A stretch of 64,000 nucleotides of DNA from Ignavibacteria bacterium. Lineage in GTDB: Bacteria > Bacteroidota > Ignavibacteria > Tepidaquicellales > OLB5. Under the pieces are notes generated by a model that saw only the letters and a program-made list of their open reading frames with translations, had not been told where the DNA came from and did no database searches. The stretch is from positions 2,110 through 66,109 of the forward strand of contig JAUQWS010000134.1 of NCBI GenBank assembly GCA_030835025.1. Reading direction: 5' to 3'. Each line of letters begins with the position of its first letter. The stretch's first letter is position 1. Below, one piece after another: positions 8,987 through 17,442 of this stretch. The position numbers and the translations under genes were made by a program.

Positions 8987-10570
8987 TCAGGCCAGTATTT
9001 GTGTTATTGCACGGGGCAGAAGTGATATAAGTTCCTGCTGGGTTGCAGTTTGCCTGTTACCGTTTTTCTCTGAATAGAAATCCGCAATGAGCCCATGCAA
9101 AAAGTTACCGCATATCATTGTCCTCTTAACATCTTTGGTCTGCGCAAATAAGGATACAAGTATACCTGAGAGTACATCACCTGAACCTGCTGATGCAAGG
9201 ATCTCATTCCCTGTCGGATTTATGTATATCCCACCTGTTTTCAGGCAGGCAATTGAAGTTTCGGATTTCAATATCATATTAACGCCGTATCTTGCCGAAA
9301 ATTCCCTTACAGCCAGGAATCTATCCGGAAGTATATCTTCCATTTTCAGATCACTCAGCTTTGAAAATTCTCCGATATGCGGAGTAAGTATTATTTCGCT
9401 CTTTGATCTCCTTTTCAGAAGTATCTCGGGCTCTTCAGCTATCAATGTAAGAGCGTCGGCATCAATTACAAGATTTTTTTCGCATCTATCAATCAACTCA
9501 AAAAGGAAATTCCTTGTCTCACGATTCAGGCTTAATCCGGGACCTATAAGAACTGCATCTGCTTTGCTGAGTTGCTTTGTTAATCTTTCGTAAGAAGAAC
9601 CGGCAATGCTGCCGTCGGATGTTTCATCAAGTTCAGTTTTTATCACTTCAAGCAGCTTCCTGCTGAAATGCGATGAAATGGATTTTGGGATTGCAGCCAT
9701 CACTGCTCCTGCACCTGAACTTAAAGCCGCAAGTGAGCTCATAATAACAGAGCCCGAAAGTCCCCTTGAACCGCCTAAAATGAGTACTTTGCCGTTGGTA
9801 TACTTGTAAGATGTTTTTCTTCTTTTCGGGTAGCTTTGCTTTACATCAATTGCTGTGATATCATACTTTCCGTATGTATTATGCACGTTTAAGAGATCAT
9901 CCGTAATCCCTATTGGTATTATTGTGATCTCGCCGCAATTTTCTTTTCCTTCACCGAAGAGCATTTCGGTCTTAATTGCGCCCATCGTAATTGTGTGGTC
10001 AGCCGAAACAATAGGGTTTATCTGCTCGCCGCTCATTAAACCTGAAGGTACATCAACTGAAATTACAGTTGATTTCCCTCTTTTTTTCCTGTTGATAAGA
10101 TCAATTGCTTCGCTGAACTGTTTGCTCAGCTCACCTTTGATCCCGCTTCCCAAAATGGCGTCAATAAATAACAGCCTGCTGTTTCCGGCCGCTCTTCCGA
10201 ATTTCGAATCTGCAGAAACAAGATCATCAAAATGAGTAAAACTAACAAAAGGTGAGTTCATTTTTTGGAGCGCGTTCAGATTTGTCAGGGCATCACCCTT
10301 GAACTCACTAAGTCCTGTCAGATAAACTACGTTGACAGATAATCCGTTTACCGCTAAATGACGTGCAATTACAAATCCGTCGCCGGCATTATTGCCTTTG
10401 CCGCAAAATATGTATGTCAGGCGATCTTCAATATCAGCAACAATAGTGCGAATTACATCGTATGCATTACGTCCGGCGTTTTCCATTAAAACTAAAGACG
10501 GAATTCCGTCTTTTTCTATAATGGTCTTTTCTGCTTCTCTTATTTCCCGGAATGTAAAGGCGGGTCTCAT
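8987..10570 (-). CDS. nnr: Bifunctional NAD(P)H-hydrate repair enzyme (epimerase + ADP-dependent dehydratase)
   Basis: 527 aa. N-terminal YjeF_N domain (CGKGNNAGDGF) and a C-terminal carbohydrate-kinase-like domain (GSGDVLSG). Confidence 0.9.
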   Translation of the reverse strand: MRPAFTFREIREAEKTIIEKDGIPSLVLMENAGRNAYDVIRTIVADIEDRLTYIFCGKGNNAGDGFVIARHLAVNGLSVNVVYLTGLSEFKGDALTNLNALQKMNSPFVSFTHFDDLVSADSKFGRAAGNSRLLFIDAILGSGIKGELSKQFSEAIDLINRKKRGKSTVISVDVPSGLMSGEQINPIVSADHTITMGAIKTEMLFGEGKENCGEITIIPIGITDDLLNVHNTYGKYDITAIDVKQSYPKRRKTSYKYTNGKVLILGGSRGLSGSVIMSSLAALSSGAGAVMAAIPKSISSHFSRKLLEVIKTELDETSDGSIAGSSYERLTKQLSKADAVLIGPGLSLNRETRNFLFELIDRCEKNLVIDADALTLIAEEPEILLKRRSKSEIILTPHIGEFSKLSDLKMEDILPDRFLAVREFSARYGVNMILKSETSIACLKTGGIYINPTGNEILASAGSGDVLSGILVSLFAQTKDVKRTMICGNFLHGLIADFYSEKNGNRQTATQQELISLLPRAITQILA

Positions 10571-10597
10571 ATTGAATTAAGAATTAACAATTATGGA

Positions 10598-11257
10598 TTA
10601 AGAATTAATTTCACTTTTCATTTTCCTGAATGCTGCAGCAGGGTCATTTGCCCCGAAAACTGAATTGCCTGCTACAAAAACATCTACACCTGCAGTTCTG
10701 AGCATTTTGGCATTATCAGGTCCGATACCGCCGTCCATCTCAATGAATAATGCAGGATTAAGGTCTTTGCTCATTTGTTTCAGCTTCTTAGCCTTCTGAA
10801 CCGATGTACCGATGAACTTCTGTCCGCCGAAACCGGGATTAACCGACATCAGCAGCACAAAATCTGCAAATGGCAGGATCTCATTAAGTACTTCAACGGG
10901 CGTCGCCGGATTTATCACAACCCCTGCCTTGCATCCCGCATCCTTTACCTGATTAACAAGCCTGTTCAGATGGTCCGTTGCTTCATAATGCACGCTTATC
11001 CAGTCAGCTCCCGATTTAGCAAATTTTTCTACGTACTTTTCAGGCTCAGAGATCATAAGGTGAACATCAAGCGTAACGTCGGTGATTGAGCGCATATCCT
11101 TTACCATTTTTGGACCGAATGTAATATTCGGAACAAAATGCCCGTCCATAACATCAAGATGAAGCATATCGGCGCCTGCTGCGGTGATAGCCTTCACTTC
11201 ATCTTTGATCTTACTGAAATCTGCCGAAAGTATTGATGGAGCTATCCTTGGATCCAT
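10598..11257 (-). CDS. rpe: Ribulose-phosphate 3-epimerase
   Basis: 219 aa. Motifs PSILSADF, HLDVMDGHFVPN, VNPGFGGQ. Confidence 0.95.
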   Translation of the reverse strand: MDPRIAPSILSADFSKIKDEVKAITAAGADMLHLDVMDGHFVPNITFGPKMVKDMRSITDVTLDVHLMISEPEKYVEKFAKSGADWISVHYEATDHLNRLVNQVKDAGCKAGVVINPATPVEVLNEILPFADFVLLMSVNPGFGGQKFIGTSVQKAKKLKQMSKDLNPALFIEMDGGIGPDNAKMLRTAGVDVFVAGNSVFGANDPAAAFRKMKSEINS

Positions 11258-11260
11258 GGG

Positions 11261-12295
11261 TCAGAATTTTGTACCATCATCGGTCTTCTTATCGCCGTCT
11301 TTTTTGTCTTTTGGAACCGGTGTCGTCTTCTTATCCTTATCACTGGGCTTGGTTTTTATATCATCTTTTTTATCTGAGGGCTTTGTCTTCGGGTCAGTTT
11401 TCTTCTTATCTTCTTTCTTCACATCGTCTTTTGGGTCTTTTTTATCTTTATCCTCATCGGGTGCTATCTCTTCTTCTTTTTCTTTTAAACCGTCTTCTTC
11501 GCCTTCTATAACGAGCTTTTTCTTTACTTCGCGGTTAACAAAAATATCGATCCTTTGATTCTCTTTCGCCATCGAATTGGCCTTGGGATACTGGTCTATA
11601 ACAGAATTAACCGGAACGTTTGTAGAAGGCTGGTAACTTATCTTGCCTACTGTAAGTTTATTGGCAGCAAGCAGCTTCTTGGCTTCTTCTATGTTCTTTC
11701 CGATGATATCAGGTACTTTTATATCGCCGGATTCCATTCCGGTTGAAATTATCACACCTATCTTAGTACCTTTTTTTACTTTAGACCCGGCACTTTCTAT
11801 CTGCGAAAGGACTATTCCGGTTGGATATTGCACCGAAGGCTTGTATTCCACTTCCTGTACATCAAGGTTGCGCTGGTTCAGAACAAACTTCGCTTCGCGT
11901 AAAGTCCTGCCAACCAGATTCGGGACGTCATACAACTGCTCACCACCGCTGATTATGAGGTAAATTCTCCTGCCGTCTTTTACCACCTGGTCCGGAAGCG
12001 GATTCTGCTCCACAACCGTTCCAATTGGTTTTGAAGGGTCGTAACGGATATCACCCTGCAGGCCTTCAAGTCCGGCTTCATCCAGTTGCTTTATTGCTTC
12101 TTCATAAGTCAAACCGGTTACAGAAGGCACTTTTACAAGCGTATCGTGCCTTACATACCACGGCATAACCACGAAATTCATGAGCAGAATTGCTGCAAAA
12201 ACACAGCCGATACCTATTGCTACTTTCTTCCAGAAACTCAAATTCTTTATATCAAGTATTAGTTTATTTACCCTATTTGATGCCTTATGTTCCAT
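11261..12295 (-). CDS. Stand-alone PASTA-domain protein: N-terminal TM, 3 PASTA repeats and a roughly 90-aa K/D/E/P-rich tail
   Basis: Three repeats of the pattern VP...G....EA...L....L. No kinase or PBP domain. The tail reads KKKTDPKTKPSDKKDDIKTKPSDKDKK... Confidence 0.8.
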   Translation of the reverse strand: MEHKASNRVNKLILDIKNLSFWKKVAIGIGCVFAAILLMNFVVMPWYVRHDTLVKVPSVTGLTYEEAIKQLDEAGLEGLQGDIRYDPSKPIGTVVEQNPLPDQVVKDGRRIYLIISGGEQLYDVPNLVGRTLREAKFVLNQRNLDVQEVEYKPSVQYPTGIVLSQIESAGSKVKKGTKIGVIISTGMESGDIKVPDIIGKNIEEAKKLLAANKLTVGKISYQPSTNVPVNSVIDQYPKANSMAKENQRIDIFVNREVKKKLVIEGEEDGLKEKEEEIAPDEDKDKKDPKDDVKKEDKKKTDPKTKPSDKKDDIKTKPSDKDKKTTPVPKDKKDGDKKTDDGTKF

Positions 12296-12435
12296 AGCTT
12301 AATCCGAACTTTCTACGAAACACGTGTTTTATATGAAGTATAACTCAAACAAAACAGCGTAAATATAAGATTTATTGTTTAATTATAAGACATAAAAAAA
12401 GTGTATGAAGTTTCTGGCATTTCATTTTATGGCTA

Positions 12436-12475
12436 TGTCATTCTCAACCCCGATTTATCGGGGTTGAGAATGACA
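12436..12475. repeat. 40-bp perfect palindrome (tgtcattctcaaccccgat-tt-atcggggttgagaatgaca), REP-like
   Basis: Read directly: 19-bp arms. The arm is related to the element at 41827-41900 (tgtcattctgaacc). Confidence 0.85.
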
Positions 12476-12520
12476 ACAAATGTACTGCTAAACGTTACGT
12501 GTGATATGATAATTTTTTAA

Positions 12521-12528
12521 TATATTTG
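12521..12528 (+). promoter_or_regulatory. -7 box TATATTTG upstream of the deaminase gene
   Basis: TAnnTTTG match 11 nt upstream of the ATG at 12539, which implies a very short leader. Confidence 0.4.
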
Positions 12529-12538
12529 TAAACCTATT

Positions 12539-13012
12539 ATGACTGACCACGAAAAATTCATGAAGCTGGCAATAGATAAGTGCCGCGAAGGTATTGATAA
12601 AGGTCAATCCCCTTTTGCCGCCTGCATAGTTAAAAACGGCGAAGTCATTGCCTGTGAACATAATGTTGTGTGGGCTAAAACGGATATAACTGCTCACGGA
12701 GAAATAAACGCAATACAGAAAGCCTGCAGGAAAATAAACAGCATCGACCTGAGCGGAAGTACGATCTACTCAACATGCGAACCATGCCCGATGTGTTTCA
12801 CTGCAATACACTGGGCAAGAATTGACAGAATAATTTATGGTGCTGCTATTTCAGACGCAGAAAGATTCGGTTTCAACGAGCTCAAAGTATCAAATCATAT
12901 GCTTAAAGAAATGGGACTTAGCGACGTCGAAATCACCCCGGACTTTATGAAGAACCAGTGCGTAGAGCTCTTTGAATATTGGGCAGCTAAGGATGGCAAA
13001 AAGACCTATTGA
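12539..13012 (+). CDS. Nucleoside/nucleotide (CMP/dCMP-type) zinc deaminase, TadA/guanine-deaminase-like
   Basis: 157 aa. Zinc motifs HGEINAI and CEPCPMC. Confidence 0.85.
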   Translation: MTDHEKFMKLAIDKCREGIDKGQSPFAACIVKNGEVIACEHNVVWAKTDITAHGEINAIQKACRKINSIDLSGSTIYSTCEPCPMCFTAIHWARIDRIIYGAAISDAERFGFNELKVSNHMLKEMGLSDVEITPDFMKNQCVELFEYWAAKDGKKTY

Positions 13013-13094
13013 TTGTTTTTAATTAATGTAAAATATGGATTTAAGGTGCAATTTTGTGCAATTGATTTCGGTTGATTTTCATATAGAATTGATA

Positions 13095-13102
13095 TAAATT
13101 TG
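13095..13102 (+). promoter_or_regulatory. -7 box TAAATTTG upstream of T9SS paralog 1
   Basis: TAnnTTTG match 30 nt upstream of the ATG at 13132. Confidence 0.4.
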
Positions 13103-13131
13103 TCTAAAATACATACAAAATCAAAAGAAAA

Positions 13132-13851
13132 ATGATTAGATCAGCTTTTGCATTAATTGCTTTATTTGTTTTATCCTTAAATGTTTTCTCGCAGAACCCC
13201 GGCTTTGAACGTACTGACCCGATATGGATTGCGTTTGGCGTGGATTCAGTTGAAGCGAAATCTCATGCAAATGTTATTAATCCTTATGCTGCAGCGGAGA
13301 GTTTCAGAGTGATCAGAACTTCAGTGACTATCCCTCCGGATTGGGAAGGTGTCGGAATTTGCGATATAAACCTTTGCTACGGAGTTGGTGAGGATACAGC
13401 GATCGCTACTTATCCTCCGGGAAATACACTTATCTACATTTACTACAGCAAATTACCGGGCAGGACCGGAAGTGCAACATCTAGCTGGAGAGTTGAAAGA
13501 GTCTCGAATCCTTCACAACGCAGCGCTGATGTTACATTTGGCGTCACTACTGCTCCGATAGGCATTACACAGATAAGCTCAGTAATAAAGGAATTCAATC
13601 TTTCTCAGAATTACCCGAATCCGTTTAATCCGAATACAAAGATAAATTTCTCTATTCCAAACGGTGAGCATGTTTCGCTTAGAGTATATGATATGCTTGG
13701 CAGAGAAGTAAAAGTACTCGTAAATGAAGTCCTGACGCCGGGTGAATACGAAGCTGATTTCAATGCGAAGGGATTGTCATCGGGGATGTACTATTATAGT
13801 CTGAGAGCGGGTGAGTACGTTGATGTGAAGAAAATGGTTTTGGTGAAGTGA
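13132..13851 (+). CDS. Secreted protein with T9SS type-A C-terminal sorting domain (tandem paralog 1)
   Basis: Signal peptide. C-terminal domain NYPNPFNPNTKINFSIP...GMYYYSLRAGEYVDVKKMVLVK. The N-terminal roughly 140-aa domain is of unknown function (CDINLCYG). Confidence 0.8.
   Translation: MIRSAFALIALFVLSLNVFSQNPGFERTDPIWIAFGVDSVEAKSHANVINPYAAAESFRVIRTSVTIPPDWEGVGICDINLCYGVGEDTAIATYPPGNTLIYIYYSKLPGRTGSATSSWRVERVSNPSQRSADVTFGVTTAPIGITQISSVIKEFNLSQNYPNPFNPNTKINFSIPNGEHVSLRVYDMLGREVKVLVNEVLTPGEYEADFNAKGLSSGMYYYSLRAGEYVDVKKMVLVK
13573..13851 (+). repeat. Direct repeat copy 1 (3' end of paralog 1), near-identical to 14304-14582
   Basis: Aligned by eye at an offset of 731 bp. Only scattered, mostly synonymous differences; one amino-acid difference (D/N). 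Confidence 0.85.
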
Positions 13852-13862
13852 TTGAATTAATT

Positions 13863-14582
13863 ATGAAAAAATATTTCATCGGTTTTTTTGCTTTGATCGT
13901 GCTTACAGTAACTCTCTTTTCACAAAACCCCGGGTTTACCCGAATTGATCCTGAATGGGTTCAGACATGGGACACTTCATTCGAGGCAAAATCACACGCA
14001 ATAGTAAATAACCCGTACGGCGTGGCAGAAAACTTAAGAGTGATCAGAACTTCTGGAGTTTGGCCCTCTAACTGGGTTGGTATTGGTATTTGTGATATAA
14101 ATAATTGTTATGGAACTGGTGAAACACTTGCTGTTGCAATTTATCCTCCGGGAAACTCAGAAATATATATTTACTACAGCAAGATCCCACCCAGTTCAGG
14201 AAGTGCATATTCCACCTGGAGAGTTGAAAGAGTTTCGAATCCTTCGCTGCAAAGTCCTGAAGTGTTCTTTGGAGTTACCACTGCACCTATAAGCATAACA
14301 CAAATAAGCTCAGTAATAAAGGAATTCAATCTTTCTCAGAATTACCCGAATCCGTTCAATCCGAATACCAAAATAAACTTCTCAATTCCAAACGGTGAGC
14401 ATGTTTCGCTTAGAGTTTACAATATGCTTGGCAGAGAAGTAAAAGTACTTGTAAATGAAGTGTTGACACCGGGTGAATACGAAGCAGATTTCAATGCGAA
14501 GGGATTGTCATCGGGGATGTACTATTATAGTCTGAGAGCGGGTGAATACGTTGATGTGAAGAAAATGGTTTTGGTAAAATAA
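13863..14582 (+). CDS. Secreted protein with T9SS type-A C-terminal sorting domain (tandem paralog 2)
   Basis: Same architecture as 13132-13851. The ATG at 13863 (MKKYFIGFF signal peptide) is preferred over the track's GTG at 13848. Confidence 0.8.
   Translation: MKKYFIGFFALIVLTVTLFSQNPGFTRIDPEWVQTWDTSFEAKSHAIVNNPYGVAENLRVIRTSGVWPSNWVGIGICDINNCYGTGETLAVAIYPPGNSEIYIYYSKIPPSSGSAYSTWRVERVSNPSLQSPEVFFGVTTAPISITQISSVIKEFNLSQNYPNPFNPNTKINFSIPNGEHVSLRVYNMLGREVKVLVNEVLTPGEYEADFNAKGLSSGMYYYSLRAGEYVDVKKMVLVK
14304..14582 (+). repeat. Direct repeat copy 2 (3' end of paralog 2)
   Basis: See 13573-13851. Confidence 0.85.
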
Positions 14583-14723
14583 GGATTCATCAGATTTATC
14601 AGATTAACAAATTTCGTAAGATTTGAAAGCTTGAAAATTACGGAACTGAATCAAAATTGAGTTGTTTTAAATAAATAGGACTATATTTTAATGGATTCCC
14701 GTTTATGGGGAATGGAAGAAAAA

Positions 14724-15227
14724 ATGGCAGATATACAGCAGGTTAGAAACAAGGATTTAAATATACTCGAAAAAACATATATTCCGCAGATAGTCGGCGG
14801 ATTGTGGCTTACATTGAAGGAAATGTTCAAGCCAAAACTTACAAGGCAGTATCCCGAAGAAAAATGGACACCACCTACAGCTTTCCGCGGACGCCCGGTT
14901 TTGGTTCGCGCAGAAAATGGCGTCGAAAGATGTGTTGCATGCGGATTGTGCTCAAGAGTATGCCCCGCACTCGCAATTGAAGTGCAGGCTAATGAAGTAC
15001 CTGCGCTTGATAAAGAAAGATACCCGGAGAAGTTTGAGATAAATATGCTGCGCTGTATTTTCTGCGGATTCTGCGAAGAAGTTTGCCCGGAAGAGGCAAT
15101 TGTAATGAGCGACGAATATATTCTGACATTTACTTCCCAGGAAGAGGCGCTCTTCGGGAAGGAAAAATTACTAATGAGCGAAAAAAGGCTCAAACGCCGC
15201 CTCGAATTTTTGCATGATAATGTATGA
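14724..15227 (+). CDS. nuoI: NADH-quinone oxidoreductase subunit I (2x[4Fe-4S] ferredoxin subunit)
   Basis: Motifs YPEEKW...FRGRPVL, CVACGLCSRVCP and CIFCGFCEEVCP. The start could be 14691, 14712 or 14724; MADIQQ is chosen for typical N-terminal length. Confidence 0.85.
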   Translation: MADIQQVRNKDLNILEKTYIPQIVGGLWLTLKEMFKPKLTRQYPEEKWTPPTAFRGRPVLVRAENGVERCVACGLCSRVCPALAIEVQANEVPALDKERYPEKFEINMLRCIFCGFCEEVCPEEAIVMSDEYILTFTSQEEALFGKEKLLMSEKRLKRRLEFLHDNV

Positions 15228-15949
15228 GTAAATACTTACTTTTTGCAGCTCTCTTAACATTCCTGGTATTACAAAACACTTCAAAAGCCGGAGATGATGC
15301 TTTGCTTCCGGATGATGAGCTTATTTCCGAAGAAGAGGCTGATTCCGTTGACGCCCTGACAGTATTTTCAGCAAAGATAAAAGATAAGACAGTGTACCTT
15401 AACTGGAGGCTCCTTAATCCGAAAGATGTTTCGTATTTCGAGATCTTGAGGCATGACTCAAAGAAAAAGGACTTTGTAAAGATAAACGAAAACAGGATAG
15501 AGAGAGATGATTACTTCGAAAAATCCCTTAACACAGATAACAGGCCGGTCTATATGTATGATTTTGAAGATGAGCCTGAGCGTGACGGTGTTTATTATTA
15601 CAAGCTGAAAGCTGTTAATTCAAACGGGCAGTTATTATTCGAGTCTGATGAGCTTAAGATCGGTATTACAGGTATCAGGAATTTTAAAGTTGAGCAGAAT
15701 ACTCCGAATCCGTTTAATCCATCAACCATAATCAAATATGAGCTTTTTGAAGCTTCTTATATTAAGCTCAGGGTATTTGATCTTATCGGAAAAGAAATAG
15801 CCGTACTTGTTGATGCAAATCAATCTGCGGGTACATACAGCGTAACATTTGATGCATCCAAATATGAGAACCTCACAAGCGGGATTTACTTCTATAAGCT
15901 TGAAACGGATAGATATTCTGAAGTTAAGAAAATGATCCTTACCAAGTAA
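15224..15949 (+). CDS. Secreted FN3-like protein with T9SS type-A C-terminal sorting domain
   Basis: Signal peptide. C-terminal domain QNTPNPFNPSTIIKYEL...GIYFYKLETDRYSEVKKMILTK. Its ATG overlaps the nuoI TGA (ATGA). Confidence 0.75.
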   Translation: MSKYLLFAALLTFLVLQNTSKAGDDALLPDDELISEEEADSVDALTVFSAKIKDKTVYLNWRLLNPKDVSYFEILRHDSKKKDFVKINENRIERDDYFEKSLNTDNRPVYMYDFEDEPERDGVYYYKLKAVNSNGQLLFESDELKIGITGIRNFKVEQNTPNPFNPSTIIKYELFEASYIKLRVFDLIGKEIAVLVDANQSAGTYSVTFDASKYENLTSGIYFYKLETDRYSEVKKMILTK

Positions 15950-15968
15950 TTCTGATTACAGAAATTAG

Positions 15969-15993
15969 AAAAGGGGCTTTTGGCCCCTTTTTT
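15969..15993. terminator. Bidirectional rho-independent terminator (aaaaggggc-tttt-ggcccctttttt)
   Basis: GC stem flanked by an A-run and a T-run, between convergent genes 15224-15949 (+) and htrA (-). Confidence 0.75.
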
Positions 15994-16018
15994 GTTTAAT
16001 GAATTTACTCAAAGTCCC

Positions 16019-16036
16019 CCCTGCACAGGCAGGGGT
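16019..16036. repeat. GC-rich hairpin cccctgc-acag-gcagggg (CCTGC..GCAGG REP family)
   Basis: Read directly. Related palindromes occur at 17281-17290, 44685-44704 and 59499-59517. Confidence 0.6.
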
Positions 16037-16047
16037 GACACAGTCTC

Positions 16048-17202
16048 TTACTTCACCTTCAGCTTAAATTCTTTTTCAATCTCGCTGCCGCTGCGGAGTA
16101 TCTTCAGTGTGATTTTGTCACCTATGTTCATATCCGTAATAATTCCCCAGAAATCGGCGTCACTTCCGATTTTTTCTCCGTTTACGGATATAATAATATC
16201 TTCCGGCTTTATCCCTTCATTTTCTGCCGCACTGCCTTTATCCACACTTACCACAATTACGCCAGAAACATTGTTCAGCTTGAAATACTGGGCAATGTTC
16301 TTATCAACTGTCTGTATCCTGAGCCCGATATCGTAATTTCTTTCAAGCTTGCCATCTTTTCTCAGAGTATCAACTATCTTCTTTACTTTGTTTATCGGAA
16401 TTGCAAAACCGAGACCTATATTGCCGCCGGCCATTGAGTTCCCGGTGAAAATCAGCGTGTTCATACCGATTATCTCTCCAACACTGTTGGCAAGGGGTCC
16501 CCCGCTGTTGCCTGAATTAATAGGCGCATCTGTCTGGATCATATTCCTGTAGAACCTGTTCTCGCCGGAGTTCAGCTTCATACCGGTTGCGCTTATCACT
16601 CCAACGGTCACAGTAGGCTTCTGGTTCACTTCAAACAAACCAAATGGATTGCCAAGCGCTACTACCCATTCACCGATTATCGCATCGTCAGAATTGCCCA
16701 GCTTTACGTATGGCAATCCTGATTTGTTTATCTTGAGCACTGCAATATCGCTGTATGAATCTTTGCCGATTATTTCAGCATCGATATGCTCACCATTGGT
16801 CATTGAAACAACTACTTTGGTTGCATTTCCAACTACATGGTCGTTAGTCACGATATAACCGTCATCAGAGATTATGAATCCCGAGCCGAGTCCCTGTACC
16901 TCCTGCTTATATGAGCGGTCTCCGAAGAACTGCCTGAAGAACGGGTCATCGCCAAACGGATCGCGGTACTCCCTTACTTCGGTAACATTGATGCCAACAA
17001 CAGCTGAGGAAACATCTCTGACTGTCCTTGTTATTGCATTTTCTCTGGAATCAGTAATGTTCTGTTCAGAACCCTGGCGGACAGTTGTACTTGCGCTCAG
17101 GTCTGAAGAATTTCCTTTAAATACGTACCTTCCGAAAATAAAACCGGAAGCCATAACAAGAATGAATGAAACAGAATAAATCAATATTTTGGTTTTGTTC
17201 AT
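16048..17202 (-). CDS. HtrA/DegP-family serine protease (trypsin-like S1C + one PDZ)
   Basis: Catalytic motifs TNDHVV and GNSGGPL, with a PDZ domain at the C-terminus. The Met18 start (MNKTKIL, TM anchor) is preferred over 17253. Confidence 0.9.
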   Translation of the reverse strand: MNKTKILIYSVSFILVMASGFIFGRYVFKGNSSDLSASTTVRQGSEQNITDSRENAITRTVRDVSSAVVGINVTEVREYRDPFGDDPFFRQFFGDRSYKQEVQGLGSGFIISDDGYIVTNDHVVGNATKVVVSMTNGEHIDAEIIGKDSYSDIAVLKINKSGLPYVKLGNSDDAIIGEWVVALGNPFGLFEVNQKPTVTVGVISATGMKLNSGENRFYRNMIQTDAPINSGNSGGPLANSVGEIIGMNTLIFTGNSMAGGNIGLGFAIPINKVKKIVDTLRKDGKLERNYDIGLRIQTVDKNIAQYFKLNNVSGVIVVSVDKGSAAENEGIKPEDIIISVNGEKIGSDADFWGIITDMNIGDKITLKILRSGSEIEKEFKLKVK

Positions 17203-17442
17203 GATAATATGATATGAAAAAAAATTTGCCTTAACATTTTGCCGGACTGCCATCCCCGCTTATGGGTGTTTTGATCCACCGCCTGCAGGCAGGGCAATTA
17301 GGTTGGCAACAAGAAACATTAATTACAGAATGGAAACAGAAAACCGTTCAAGCGGAAACATTCTATCATGTTTCCTGAAAATACCTGTTGAAAATTCACA
17401 AATAACATAACAGATATTAAGCTTAAACGGTTCTTTGATAAT

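Noticed and set aside
13848-13862. GTG start at 13848 for T9SS paralog 2, overlapping the paralog 1 stop.
   Set aside because: The ATG at 13863 starts a canonical signal peptide (MKKYFIGFF) that aligns with the paralog 1 N-terminus.
17354-17375. Inverted repeat ggaaacat-tctatc-atgtttcc between tkt and htrA.
   Set aside because: No T-run follows on either strand, so it is not a convincing terminator, and no second copy exists to suggest an operator. Left as unexplained.
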